Shown piece by piece: positions 1 to 10,358 of a stretch of 64,000 bases of DNA. The notes below the pieces were generated by a model that worked only from the letters and a program-made list of their open reading frames with translations, had not been told where the DNA came from and made no database searches. This DNA comes from Candidatus Cloacimonadales bacterium (GTDB taxonomy: Bacteria > Cloacimonadota > Cloacimonadia > Cloacimonadales > JAIOQZ01): the NCBI GenBank assembly GCA_963674825.1, contig OY771587.1, positions 1,408,001-1,472,000 of the forward strand, in the 5' to 3' direction. Made by a program: the position numbers and the translations under genes. Positions within the stretch are counted from its first letter, which is position 1. Each line of letters starts with the position of its first letter.

Positions 1-763
1 TCTGGAAGATCGTCCTTGCGATATCCCGCACCATATGTTCCTCACCGCAGGCAAGGTTCACAACGTCGCCCATCTCAAATTTCTCCCTGTTCTCCATAAT
101 CGCAAGGTAACCGCGCGCAACATCCTCCACATGGATCGGGTCGCGGGTCTGCTCACCGGGGGTAAGTTGTAGCGGTTTTCTTTCGATCGCGGCTTTCATG
201 AGCGATGGGATCAGCATCGAACCGGCCTGCATCTCGCCATAAACCAGAAATGGACGCACTGTCACCACATTCGTTGCGGTAGATTGCGCGAACATCCGTG
301 CAAACTGCGTGGTGGCAAGCTTGCAGGTTCCGTAAGGCGATGTGGGCATCTCGCGCATATGCTCATCAAACGGCGCGGTGTTGCCACCGTATTCGTCGCT
401 GGAACCCGTATTGATGACAAGCGCACAGCCCGATTTCACGCAGGCTTGTAAGAGATTCACGGTACCGATGAGATTGATTCGGATAAGCTCAGGAGTAATC
501 CCGATATCGCGGGATGTATCGACCATCGCAGCTGTATGGATAACGAATTGCGGCTGAATATGTTGGATCAGGAAATCAACCTGTGCTTTATTGGTAATAT
601 CGATGTAGTGTATGGGGATATCGAGGTTCTCAATGCGCCAGTTGAAGCGGTCGTCGAGTGCAACGCCCGTTACTTTGTAGCCTATTCGGACAAGCAACGA
701 CGCGATGTGCGACCCGATGAAGCCGTTCACACCGGTGATCAGAACGGTGTTATTCCTCATCAT
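1..763 (-). CDS. NAD-dependent epimerase/dehydratase (CDP-3,6-dideoxyhexose synthase-like), running off the window edge
   Basis: Manual translation from ATG at 763: MMRNNTVLITGVNGFIGSHI (GxxGxxG), later TGSSDEYG and SPYGTCK (YxxxK). Start overlaps the rfbG stop. Missing from the ORF track because it has no stop in the window. Confidence 0.85.
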   Translation of the reverse strand, partial: MMRNNTVLITGVNGFIGSHIASLLVRIGYKVTGVALDDRFNWRIENLDIPIHYIDITNKAQVDFLIQHIQPQFVIHTAAMVDTSRDIGITPELIRINLIGTVNLLQACVKSGCALVINTGSSDEYGGNTAPFDEHMREMPTSPYGTCKLATTQFARMFAQSTATNVVTVRPFLVYGEMQAGSMLIPSLMKAAIERKPLQLTPGEQTRDPIHVEDVARGYLAIMENREKFEMGDVVNLACGEEHMVRDIARTIFQ

Positions 764-1817
764 CTCGCAGTTCGCAATACTTCCTGAGTTGGTTGAGACT
801 TAGCTGATAATCCGGTTTCTCTTCTCGATACCATTCTACCGTGAACTGAACCGTCTGATTGAAGTTGAGAACCGGCTTCCAGTTCAAGAGCGTTCGTGCT
901 TTCGTAATGTCCAGCGAAAGCAGCTTCGCTTCGTGGGAAATCTCGCGATTCGCCATGCTCATATCGATATCGCCGTGCCCCCAGATTCGGATCATAACTT
1001 CCGCCAAGTGTTGCACGGTGACGATATTTTCCGGATCAGGCCCGAAGTTCCAGGCATCTGCGAAGTGGTCTTCGCCATTGTGCAGTCTCATGGCAAGCGT
1101 AAGATAACCGTGCAGCGGCTCAAGAACATGCTGCCAGGGCCTTGTCGAGAATGGTGAACGAATCGGAATCGGTTTGCCTTCTCTGAGGCTGCGGATACAA
1201 TCGGGGATAAGCCGGTAATGCTGAAAATCTCCACCGCCGATCACGTTTCCCGCACGTACGGTTGCGAGGTTCTTGTTCCAGCCACGCATGAAAGAATCGC
1301 GCCATGATCGCGTTAGAATCTCGCAGCACGCTTTGCTCGCGCTGTAGGGGTCTCTGCCACCAAGGGGATCCATCTCGCGGTAACTCCACATCTGCTCTCG
1401 GTTCTCGTAGCATTTATCGGAGGTGATAATGAGTATTGTTTGCACTGATTCGGTAATCCTGCAGCACTCGAGCAAGTTAACAGTTCCCATGACGTTCGTC
1501 TCGATGGTCTCGCGTGGTTCGTCGTACGATTCCAAAACGATCGGCTGTGCTGCGAGGTGGAAGACGATTTCGGGTTGAAATTCGGTGAAAACGCGTTCGA
1601 GATGCTCGATGTCGCGGATATCGCCGATCACGTGCTTCACCCGGGATTCGAGATTGCAGGCGATAAAATGGTCGTCGGGCGTTTTGGGTGCAAGCGCATA
1701 GCCAAGCACATCCGCACCGATTTCGTGTAACCACAGGCTCAGCCAGGAACCCTTGAAGCCGGTGTGACCGGTAATAAGGACTCTCTTGCCTTTATAAACG
1801 TTATTGAACGTGATCAT
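750..1817 (-). CDS. rfbG: CDP-glucose 4,6-dehydratase
   Basis: VLITGHTGFKGSWL, FHLAAQPIV, TSDKCY, DPYSASK, RAGNVIGGGD, RPWQHVLEPL. Start set at ATG 1817, an ATGA overlap with the rfbF stop. Confidence 0.95.
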   Translation of the reverse strand: MITFNNVYKGKRVLITGHTGFKGSWLSLWLHEIGADVLGYALAPKTPDDHFIACNLESRVKHVIGDIRDIEHLERVFTEFQPEIVFHLAAQPIVLESYDEPRETIETNVMGTVNLLECCRITESVQTILIITSDKCYENREQMWSYREMDPLGGRDPYSASKACCEILTRSWRDSFMRGWNKNLATVRAGNVIGGGDFQHYRLIPDCIRSLREGKPIPIRSPFSTRPWQHVLEPLHGYLTLAMRLHNGEDHFADAWNFGPDPENIVTVQHLAEVMIRIWGHGDIDMSMANREISHEAKLLSLDITKARTLLNWKPVLNFNQTVQFTVEWYREEKPDYQLSLNQLRKYCELRDDEE

Positions 1818-2596
1818 GCCTTGTCCTTCCACACTTTCCAGAATGCACGATCGTTCTTCCAGAGCCTGTTCAGATGCACCAAATCGCGCTCCGTGTCCAG
1901 GCATTCCCAGTTGCCGTCGTGCTTGTAAACCATCACTTCACCGGCCGCAACCAGCTCGTCCATCGGCCCGATCTCGAAATCGCAAGACTCGTCCTCGGTG
2001 AGGTAATTGAGCAGTTCGCGGTTGAACACCATATAGCCGCCGTTGATGTAGCCTTCGGAAGCTTTCGTCTTTTCCTCGAACGATACCACCCGGCCATCCT
2101 TTTCGATCATCGCGCCAAACCGTGCCGGCGGATGAACGCCGCTGATGGTGAGAATCTTGCCATGCGATTTATGGAACTCGACCAGCTTGTTGATATCGAT
2201 GTCGCATACGCCGTCGCCGTAGGTGACCATGTTCACGTCGTCGAGATACGATTCCAGCCGCTTGATGCGAGCGCCTTTGAGTGCGTCCAGCCCGGTATCG
2301 ACCAGCGTAACCTTCCAGTTGAGCTCGTGGTAGCGGTTGTGGATCTCGATCTTGCCCGTTCCGAGGTCGATGGAGAAGTCGTTGTTGAAAATCTGATGGC
2401 TGAAGAAGTACTGCTTGATCACCTCGGCCTTGTAGCCCAGGCTGAAGATGAAATCGTTGTAGCCGTAGTGGTCGTAGATCTTCAGGATGTGCCACAGGAT
2501 GGGGTAGTTACCGATCTTCACCATGGGTTTCGGAATCGCCTCGGTGATGTTCCCCAAACGCGTACCGTAGCCGCCGGCGAGAATTATCGTCTTCAA
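1814..2596 (-). CDS. rfbF: Glucose-1-phosphate cytidylyltransferase
   Basis: ILAGGYGTRL, PKPMVKIG, LGYKAEVIKQYF, VDTG, TYGDG, INGGYMV, WECLDT. TTG start with GAGGAG RBS. Confidence 0.95.
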   Translation of the reverse strand: MKTIILAGGYGTRLGNITEAIPKPMVKIGNYPILWHILKIYDHYGYNDFIFSLGYKAEVIKQYFFSHQIFNNDFSIDLGTGKIEIHNRYHELNWKVTLVDTGLDALKGARIKRLESYLDDVNMVTYGDGVCDIDINKLVEFHKSHGKILTISGVHPPARFGAMIEKDGRVVSFEEKTKASEGYINGGYMVFNRELLNYLTEDESCDFEIGPMDELVAAGEVMVYKHDGNWECLDTERDLVHLNRLWKNDRAFWKVWKDKA

Positions 2597-2721
2597 ATCG
2601 CGCTCCTCACTTGCTTATAATCTTTCATCGTGAACTCTCCGATTGCGGTTTGATTTGTCAAGGATAATGACGATCCGTGCTTACTTGCATTGGGCGATTG
2701 TTTCTTATTTTATAGCCGTTG

Positions 2722-2740
2722 GATGATGATTCTCATCATC
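2722..2740. promoter_or_regulatory. Fur-box-like 19-bp inverted repeat between divergent promoters
   Basis: GATGATGA-TTC-TCATCATC matches the classical Fur box GATAATGATAATCATTATC at 15/19 positions. It lies between TTGACA hexamers at 2656-2661 (-) and 2828-2833 (+). Confidence 0.35.
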
Positions 2741-2886
2741 TTTACTTCAAAACAGTCTCGGGCACTCTAGACAACAAGATTGGTTATTACCGAGACAAGA
2801 GACCCGATGACATTTTCCACGAAATCATTGACATCCTTTCACGTTATGGATAGGAAGAAAACATATCGATCACAAGGGATACGCGA

Positions 2887-5800
2887 ATGAAATACAAAAT
2901 CGTACTGGCTTTACTGATACTGGCCTCCGCCATATGGGGCAACTACAAGGAAAACTTCGACTTCGGCGTTCGCATGTACGGCGACGGTCTTTACGAAGAA
3001 GCCATCCGCATCTTTGAAGATGTGATGCACGATGCGCCTACCTCCAGCGAAGCGGAAGAATCGCTCTTCTACATCGGCGAATGCCTGCGTCAGCAAGGAC
3101 AACTCCGTGAAGCCGAGAATCGCTTCAAGCAGCTCTACGAGAACTTCCCACAGAGCTCGAAGCGCGACCGCGCTCTTTACCATTTCGCATTGGTTCAGCA
3201 CATGCAGAAGCGCTACGCGGAAGCGGCGAAGTCATTCGATCAACTGATCGCGCAATATCCGCTCTCAGACTATACCCGGCAAGCGCTGGTTATCTACATC
3301 GAGGGACTCTACGACAGCGGTATGGACAACCAGGTCATCACCCGAGCCGACGAATTCATCGATAACTACCCCGAAAACCCCGATCAGGCGCAAATTCTCC
3401 TGATCTCGGCTAAATCCCTGCTCCGTAGCAAAGCAACCGGCGAGGCACGCAAGCGGCTGGACCGCATCATCAAGGACTTCCCGAATCACGACGCCCGTTG
3501 GGAGGCCTACGGCATCCAGCTCAACGCGATGGTGCGTGAAGACGGTACTCAGAAGGCTATCGCGTCGTTGTTCGCAACCCTCTCCGATGACGTTCCGCGA
3601 AAACACGAGGAACAGCTTCGATTCCGCCTGGTACGCTACTATTTCGACACGCTGGACTACGCCAGTGCCTATCGCGAACTGGAAACACTGACGAGTCGCT
3701 TCGATCAGTCCGCAAATTTGGACGAATACATCACTTGGCTTACCCGAAGTCGGCTGGAACTGGGTAAATACCGCGAAATCCTAAACAATGCCGAAGGGTA
3801 CGCGAAGGTCTTCAAGGAAAGTCCGCTCAAACTGCGTCAGGAATACTACACTATCCGTGCGCAGTATCTCAGCGGAAGCTACGATCAGGCCGAGCAGGAG
3901 GCCGACAAGCTGCTACTCAAGACCCGTAGCGACAGCCTGCAATACGATATTCACTATCTCATCGCCGACATCCATCGCGACATGGGACGGTTCAACGACG
4001 CCATCCGCGACTACCTGCTCTTGATTAACCGTTACCCGCAATTCGGTCAGACGGATCGCATCAATATGCAACTCGGCGACATCTACTTTGAAAACTTCCA
4101 GGAATACGGCACCGCGTTGCGTTACTACCGGCAAGTAGCCTCAGGAAGCGACGACTTCACCCTGCAAAACCGCGCGCTACGTCGCATGGCGCTCTGCTAC
4201 GAACAACAGGAACGCTATCAGGACGCCGTCGATGCACTGGAGCAGATCAACCTGCAAATGCTGAGTAAAACAGACCGGTTCGAGGTGGAAAACCGCATCG
4301 AATACCTGATTCGCTACCGTATAACCGATTACCGGGCAGCCTTCTCCAACATGCTTCTGGCCATGAACCAATACCTGCAAACCGAGGACAAGACAGCGCT
4401 ACGTAACAGCATGGGGCAAATCCTTGCAATGGATGTCAAAGACATCGACCAAGCGCTGGCGCTGACTCGTAATCCGCAAAAAATCTCCGAAGCATACGCT
4501 CGCGCTAAAATCCTGCTTCAGCTCTACGACCGTAAGCTTCGTGAAAACGACACCGCGGCCCTCGCTTCCATCTCTGCCCAAATCGACAGCGTTCGCATGA
4601 TCGTGATGGCGTCATCGGATCTTCGCAATACGCAGGAAATCGACATTGAGATGGATTATCTGAAGTCCACACGCAAACCCGACGACCAGCTTTTAACCCG
4701 CATGCAAGACTTCATCCGCATGTTCCCCGATGCATCCGCAGCGCAGTGGATGAGGCTCTCAGCCGCAAACGCTCTCTTCACCCGAGGTGATACACTCAAG
4801 GCAATAGACTATCTGGATGCACTCCAGAACGATCCGTCCGTTGGAATTCTCCAATTCAAAGAAGCGAAAAAAGTCGCGGCCGAATATTACTACAAGCACG
4901 ATCAATTTGACAAGGCGATCAGCAACTACCGGCTGGCAGCCGATCGCATCGATATCGGCGCACCACAGACGCTCTATCGCTTCGCCATGGCGCTCGGGAA
5001 GATCGGCGAAACCGAAGAATCGCTCCAGAAAATGGCCTTCCTGATCAACAACAGTAACGGTTTCCCGCAATACGAAGCGGCGATCGAATATGTCGCCCAA
5101 CAATACCGCGCTCGCGGTGACAACCAGTCCGCGCTCAAGTACCTGCTCCTGACTCCGGAAGCTGGTCGAAACGACGAATTTTACCTGCTGCTCAGCGATA
5201 CCTATCTCGATCTGCACGACAAAACCAAAGCCAAGGAATCGTTGATGCATATCGAGAACAAGGATGTCCCGACCCTGAGAAATCTTGCAAAATTACAGAT
5301 GGAAACCGGTGATGAAGCTTTCGCGAACTACACCCTCGAACAGTTGATCGACAAAGACGCCGTCAACGCGTGGAAGTACCAGGCGAATATCGGCGCAATC
5401 GCGTACAAGGTGGAGGACTACCGTAAGGCATCTTCGGCGTTCGACAAGCTCTTCGTGAAAGGTGACCAGGATATCAAAGCGCTCGTGGAACAGGAAGCAA
5501 CTGATTACATTCTCATGGCGGTCATCAGCGCGTACCGGATCGAGAATCGACCCAAGGCCGAAAAGCTCTACGACCGCTTCGAAAAGGATATCGAGGCAAC
5601 TCCGAGCCGCGAAGCGGAAATTCGGCTTAACGAAGGTATCTATTATGTTGGAATGGATGCGGGTAAGGCTGAAAGCATCCTTGGCAAGCTCATCAAACGC
5701 GATGATACGCCTACCGACATCAAGGCACAGGCATATCTGTGGCGGGGAACCGCAAACATCAAGCGTAAGAAAGATGACGACGCCAAAGCCGACCTCGATA

Positions 5801-6426
5801 AAGCCATCAGTATCGGCTCCAGCGAGGTCAAAAAGCAGGCCAACTTCAAGCTGGGCAATCTGCTTTTCACCACTGAAGACTACGAAAACGCCCTCACCCG
5901 CTACTATTATGTGATCGAAAACGACTCCACCGGAACACTAGCCAAAGACGCGGCGCGCAATTTCGCGCTGGTCTGCAAGGCGATCGGCGAATGGGAAAAA
6001 GCAGTCAGCGCGTATGAGATTATCCTCGAGCGATGGGGTGACCAGGATATGCAGGCCGAAACCTTGTTCGACATCGGCTATTGCTACTACCGCGACCGTA
6101 AATATAATCGCGCGGTGGAAACCTTCCAGAAGGCGATTCCCATCCTTGAAAATCCTGAGATGAAGGCTGAAGCGCAGTACTGGATTGGGCAATCGTATTT
6201 CGATGATGAAGCCTGGGAATCAGCAGTCACCGCCTGGCTGCGCGTGAGTTATAATTACCCCAACATCACCCAATGGGCAGCAGTGTCCGAGCTCAAATCC
6301 GGCGAGGCGTATCTGATGATGCGAAACATAGAGAAAGCGCGGTTGATTTTCGAGAAGGTCGTGCAGAAATATGGAGCCGGAAGCGATTGGGGCAAGGAAG
6401 CCGCAAAGAAGCTGAAAGAAATATAG
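2887..6426 (+). CDS. Large exported tetratricopeptide-repeat protein (BamD/YfiO/CpoB-like TPRs)
   Basis: 1179 aa, N-terminal signal peptide, many TPR units with YP/FP-S turns; C-terminal AEAQYWIGQSYF...YP repeats. Confidence 0.85.
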   Translation: MKYKIVLALLILASAIWGNYKENFDFGVRMYGDGLYEEAIRIFEDVMHDAPTSSEAEESLFYIGECLRQQGQLREAENRFKQLYENFPQSSKRDRALYHFALVQHMQKRYAEAAKSFDQLIAQYPLSDYTRQALVIYIEGLYDSGMDNQVITRADEFIDNYPENPDQAQILLISAKSLLRSKATGEARKRLDRIIKDFPNHDARWEAYGIQLNAMVREDGTQKAIASLFATLSDDVPRKHEEQLRFRLVRYYFDTLDYASAYRELETLTSRFDQSANLDEYITWLTRSRLELGKYREILNNAEGYAKVFKESPLKLRQEYYTIRAQYLSGSYDQAEQEADKLLLKTRSDSLQYDIHYLIADIHRDMGRFNDAIRDYLLLINRYPQFGQTDRINMQLGDIYFENFQEYGTALRYYRQVASGSDDFTLQNRALRRMALCYEQQERYQDAVDALEQINLQMLSKTDRFEVENRIEYLIRYRITDYRAAFSNMLLAMNQYLQTEDKTALRNSMGQILAMDVKDIDQALALTRNPQKISEAYARAKILLQLYDRKLRENDTAALASISAQIDSVRMIVMASSDLRNTQEIDIEMDYLKSTRKPDDQLLTRMQDFIRMFPDASAAQWMRLSAANALFTRGDTLKAIDYLDALQNDPSVGILQFKEAKKVAAEYYYKHDQFDKAISNYRLAADRIDIGAPQTLYRFAMALGKIGETEESLQKMAFLINNSNGFPQYEAAIEYVAQQYRARGDNQSALKYLLLTPEAGRNDEFYLLLSDTYLDLHDKTKAKESLMHIENKDVPTLRNLAKLQMETGDEAFANYTLEQLIDKDAVNAWKYQANIGAIAYKVEDYRKASSAFDKLFVKGDQDIKALVEQEATDYILMAVISAYRIENRPKAEKLYDRFEKDIEATPSREAEIRLNEGIYYVGMDAGKAESILGKLIKRDDTPTDIKAQAYLWRGTANIKRKKDDDAKADLDKAISIGSSEVKKQANFKLGNLLFTTEDYENALTRYYYVIENDSTGTLAKDAARNFALVCKAIGEWEKAVSAYEIILERWGDQDMQAETLFDIGYCYYRDRKYNRAVETFQKAIPILENPEMKAEAQYWIGQSYFDDEAWESAVTAWLRVSYNYPNITQWAAVSELKSGEAYLMMRNIEKARLIFEKVVQKYGAGSDWGKEAAKKLKEI

Positions 6427-6520
6427 TTACGAGTTTGAATGCAGGGGTGCAACATCTCCCTGATGCGCGTTTACGATATCAAGCTAATAGAGGAGCGCCG
6501 TAGCGCTCCCCATAACACGC

Positions 6521-6829
6521 CTACCAGACTTCGAAATACATCGTCGTAGTGGGTAAGGTCCCCATCACGGTCGCATGTCCTGACCTACCGTCTTCCGTTC
6601 GGGCTTCGGCGTATACCCAGAATGGATCCGTCGGTGGCGTTGTGAAACCTTCGAATCTGTAAGTTCCGGGAATTTCAGCCCTGATTGATTGGGTCTCGGA
6701 ACCAACCGTAACGGAAATAGCGCCTCTGACACCAACCATGTCCGGACCAACGGTTACAATAACATCAAGAGAATTGAGAGCGGCAGCTGCAATGAATAGT
6801 GCAATGATGAGTAAGTAGCGAGTTTTCAT
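6521..6829 (-). CDS. Small exported hypothetical protein
   Basis: 102 aa, signal peptide MKTRYLLIIALFIAAAALNS, strong AAGGAGG RBS, beta-rich mature part. Confidence 0.7.
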   Translation of the reverse strand: MKTRYLLIIALFIAAAALNSLDVIVTVGPDMVGVRGAISVTVGSETQSIRAEIPGTYRFEGFTTPPTDPFWVYAEARTEDGRSGHATVMGTLPTTTMYFEVW

Positions 6830-7005
6830 GAGAACCTCCTTACGTTTGATACATATAAATTACGCTAATAAACCACTAAATGACAAATAAAAAATATTTT
6901 GTGCAGCATTTTTGTTATATTAAGAAGTAATACCGGTATTGTTATAAGCGAATTATCTCGCGATATGCATAATTAACGAAAATACACGTATGGACGCTTG
7001 CATAC

Positions 7006-7034
7006 AAAAAAAGGGCAATCGTAGTGGATTGCCC
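7006..7034 (-). terminator. Intrinsic terminator after purL
   Basis: Stem GGGCAATC/GATTGCCC with a 7-nt U tract on the minus strand. Confidence 0.75.
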
Positions 7035-7065
7035 CATTATAGAAACAGGCTGATGCCCTGATTAC

Positions 7066-9276
7066 TTACATCACAAATCCATTTTCCCAGGTGTCTCGAA
7101 GGGTATCGCCTTCCGTATCAATCAGGTTGTTGATCGTGAAGCGTTTGTCGGTCACCATACCGATCTTGCGAGCCGTTGTGCCATGCTTCCGGCAGATATC
7201 TTCGATTGCCTGAACATCCTTCTCTTCGCAGGAAATCACGATGCGACTATGCGCTTCGCCAAAGAGCTCGAAATCGGCTCGATACTGCATGGGGAGGTCG
7301 ATTGCCGCGCCCAGATTCTTCATCCCGGGCTGGAAACACGATTCCGCGATCGCGACGGCCAATCCGCCATCGGAGCAGTCGTGGGCCGAAGAAGCCAGCT
7401 TCTTGCCGGCGATATCCAGGAATGACGCGTACAGAGTGTTTTCCTTCTCCAGATCGACCTTCGGAGCGTACCCGGCGATGGTACCGTGGATCTCCTTCAA
7501 GTATTCAGAGCCGCCGATCTCATCGCACGGATCACCCAGCAGAAGGATGGCGTCGCCACTCTTCTTGAACCAGGAGGTGACCTTGGTGGAATGGTCTTCG
7601 ATGAGGCCCAGCATACCGATGGTTGGCGTGGGATAGACCGCTGCGGTCGGATTCTCGTTGTAAAACGAGACGTTTCCTCCGGTTACGGGCGTGTCGAATT
7701 TCCGGCATGCGTCGCCCATACCGCGAATGGCTTCGGTGAACGTCCAGTAGACTTCCGGCTTGTAGGGGTTGCCGAAGTTGAGGCAGTTGGTGATGGCAAG
7801 CGGCTTTGCGCCGGAGCAAACCACGTTACGCGCCGATTCCGCGACTGCGCCCTTCGCGCCTTCGTACGGATCGAGATAGACGTGGCGTCCGTTACAGTCA
7901 GTGCAGACCGCGATTGCCTTGTTGGTTCCCTGGATGCGAACCACCGCGGCGTCGCTGCCCGGCTCGACCATCGTGTTAACCTGCACCATGTGGTCGTACT
8001 GCTGGAATACCGCTTTCTTGGACGCTATATTGGGCGTTCCGATCAGCTTTCTCAGAACTTCGTTGTAGTCCTTCGGTTCTTCGATAGACTGTGGATCGAA
8101 AGCACGCGTTTTCTTCAGGTATTCGGGTTCTTTCGTATCGCGCTTATAGACGGGTGCTTCACCACCAAGAACCAGCATCTGCGCCGGTAACTCGGCTTTG
8201 AGATCACCGTTTTCGAGGATGCGCAGCATGCCGTCGTTTTTCACCACGCCGATCTTCTCTGCGTGCAGATCCCATTTTACGAAGATCTCTTCCACCTTCG
8301 CGTAGTTCTCGGGTTTCACCACCAGCAACATGCGTTCCTGCGATTCGGACAACATGATTTCATAGGGAGTCATACCGGTTTCGCGTTGTGGAACCTTGCT
8401 CACGTCGAGCTCGATCCCCATGTTCTCTTTCGCAGCCATTTCACTGCTGGAGCAGGTCAGGCCGGCAGCGCCCATGTCCTGGATACCCACAACCAGACCT
8501 TTCTCGATTACTTCCAGCGTCGCCTCAAGCAGGAGCTTCTCCATGAAGGGATCGCCCACCTGTACTGCAGTGCGTTTCTCTTCCGATTCCTCTGTGAGTT
8601 CCACCGAAGCGAACGTAGCACCGTGGATACCGTCGCGGCCGGTCTTGGAGCCGACGTAGATCACCCAGTTGCCCACGCCTCGGGCGGCTGCCTTGGCGAT
8701 ATTATCGTGGCGAAGCAGGCCAACGGCCATGGCGTTCACCAGTGGGTTACCTTCGTAGCTCTTCTCGAAGTAAACTTCACCGCCGACGGTCGGGACGCCG
8801 AAGCAGTTGCCGTAGTCCGCAATACCGGAAACAACGCCGTTGATCAGGTGACGCACCTGGGGCGATTCGGGATCGCCGAAGCGAAGCGAATCGAGCGCCG
8901 CGATGGGACGCGCACCCATGGTAAAGATGTCGCGCAGGATACCGCCGACTCCGGTTGCAGCTCCGTGATAAGGCTCGACAGCCGAAGGGTGGTTGTGGCT
9001 TTCGATCTTGAACGAGATTGCCAGACCTTCGCCGATATCGACGACGCCGGCGTTCTCTTCGCCGGTCTTGGTCAGGAGCGATTTGCCTTCGCGGGGCAGC
9101 GTCTTGAGCTGGAGGATCGAATTTTTGTAGCTGGCATGCTCCGACCACATAACCGAGATGATGCCCAGTTCGGTAAAGGTTATTTCGCGTCCAAGTTTGT
9201 CCAGAACGTGCTGGTATTCTTCGGGGGTAAGCCCGTGTTCAGCGATCAGTTCAGGGGTGATTTTAGGTTCTTGCAT
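7066..9276 (-). CDS. purL: Phosphoribosylformylglycinamidine synthase subunit PurL (small type)
   Basis: [70 protein letters not shown]. Confidence 0.97.
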   Translation of the reverse strand: MQEPKITPELIAEHGLTPEEYQHVLDKLGREITFTELGIISVMWSEHASYKNSILQLKTLPREGKSLLTKTGEENAGVVDIGEGLAISFKIESHNHPSAVEPYHGAATGVGGILRDIFTMGARPIAALDSLRFGDPESPQVRHLINGVVSGIADYGNCFGVPTVGGEVYFEKSYEGNPLVNAMAVGLLRHDNIAKAAARGVGNWVIYVGSKTGRDGIHGATFASVELTEESEEKRTAVQVGDPFMEKLLLEATLEVIEKGLVVGIQDMGAAGLTCSSSEMAAKENMGIELDVSKVPQRETGMTPYEIMLSESQERMLLVVKPENYAKVEEIFVKWDLHAEKIGVVKNDGMLRILENGDLKAELPAQMLVLGGEAPVYKRDTKEPEYLKKTRAFDPQSIEEPKDYNEVLRKLIGTPNIASKKAVFQQYDHMVQVNTMVEPGSDAAVVRIQGTNKAIAVCTDCNGRHVYLDPYEGAKGAVAESARNVVCSGAKPLAITNCLNFGNPYKPEVYWTFTEAIRGMGDACRKFDTPVTGGNVSFYNENPTAAVYPTPTIGMLGLIEDHSTKVTSWFKKSGDAILLLGDPCDEIGGSEYLKEIHGTIAGYAPKVDLEKENTLYASFLDIAGKKLASSAHDCSDGGLAVAIAESCFQPGMKNLGAAIDLPMQYRADFELFGEAHSRIVISCEEKDVQAIEDICRKHGTTARKIGMVTDKRFTINNLIDTEGDTLRDTWENGFVM

Positions 9277-9283
9277 GATGTCC

Positions 9284-10345
9284 TCATTTATCGTTATTTA
9301 CATATTCTATCAATGACTGGATGTGAGTATCGATGCGCATGAAAGCGTATCGATACTGGTCGAGGGTACCACCATAGGGATCCTCGATATCGGTTCCATT
9401 TCCACCGAATTCCGACAGCAGCCGCACTTTGTGGCGTGCGTAGGGAACCATGGCAAGAAGCTGCTCGCGGTGACTTTCGGTCATTACCACCAGCAACCAC
9501 GACCTGCGGATAATCAGGTTGTTGATCTGTGTAGAGCGATGCATCGTGGCGTTGATGCCCTGATCGCGCAGAAGCGTCTCCGAATGCTTCGAGATTGCGT
9601 TTCCGCTCGGCAGGAATCCGGCAGACTCGCTACGTAGCTCCAGACCATCTTTCTCTATGCGATCCTTCAGCAGATACTCAGCTATGGGACTGCGACAGAT
9701 GTTGCCGGTACAAATGAATGTAATCAGTGGCTTTTGCAACGATTCGCGCAGTTCGGATTCCGGGATGCTTCCTTCCCGCAGGATTTCCAGCTTTTCTTCG
9801 CACCGCATGATTGTCGATGGCTGCGGCTCCCATGTCATGGGCTCTTCCACGTAGAAGGAGAGCGATTCATGGAACTTGCGGTAGATGTCGTCGAGGTTGT
9901 CCAGCGGATTCTCACCGGCTTTATTGATACTGGTGGAAACGATCGGTGTTCCCAACCGCTCGATAAACTTGCGCAGGTTGAACGCAGTGGGGATTCTGAT
10001 CGCCAGCGCTCCGTCCATCGCCAGATGCTGGAACGCTGTGCCATGATATGGCAACACGAAGGTCAGGTTGCCAGGTGAATACTGCTCCATCAAGCGTCGG
10101 CAGTTGACCGAAATGCTAACATCCATCTTTTCCAGCCAACTCGCGTCCGGAATCAGAACGATGTAGCCCTTGCCGGACTGACGGTTCTTGATCTGGTTGA
10201 TTTTCTCGATCGCTTTGTTGTCGCGCGCGTCGCATCCGACACCGAACATGTGCCCGGTGTGGTGCAGATAAACCGGATGTCCAAGCGTTACTTCACGCCG
10301 GATCGCCTCGAAATTTTTCAGGTCATTTGTGTTGATTACCTGCAT
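9284..10345 (-). CDS. Fusion: TsaC/Sua5-YrdC domain plus low-molecular-weight protein phosphatase
   Basis: N-terminal YrdC motifs (KNR, PGNLT, AIRIP, STSIN, PST, LREG). C-terminal LMWPTP P-loop CTGNICRS and DPY acid loop. Confidence 0.85.
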   Translation of the reverse strand: MQVINTNDLKNFEAIRREVTLGHPVYLHHTGHMFGVGCDARDNKAIEKINQIKNRQSGKGYIVLIPDASWLEKMDVSISVNCRRLMEQYSPGNLTFVLPYHGTAFQHLAMDGALAIRIPTAFNLRKFIERLGTPIVSTSINKAGENPLDNLDDIYRKFHESLSFYVEEPMTWEPQPSTIMRCEEKLEILREGSIPESELRESLQKPLITFICTGNICRSPIAEYLLKDRIEKDGLELRSESAGFLPSGNAISKHSETLLRDQGINATMHRSTQINNLIIRRSWLLVVMTESHREQLLAMVPYARHKVRLLSEFGGNGTDIEDPYGGTLDQYRYAFMRIDTHIQSLIEYVNNDK

Positions 10346-10358
10346 AACTCACTCATTC

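Noticed and set aside
6492..6509. Hairpin GGAGCGC/GCGCTCC between convergent genes as a terminator
   Set aside because: Short stem with no clear U tract on either strand; left uncalled.
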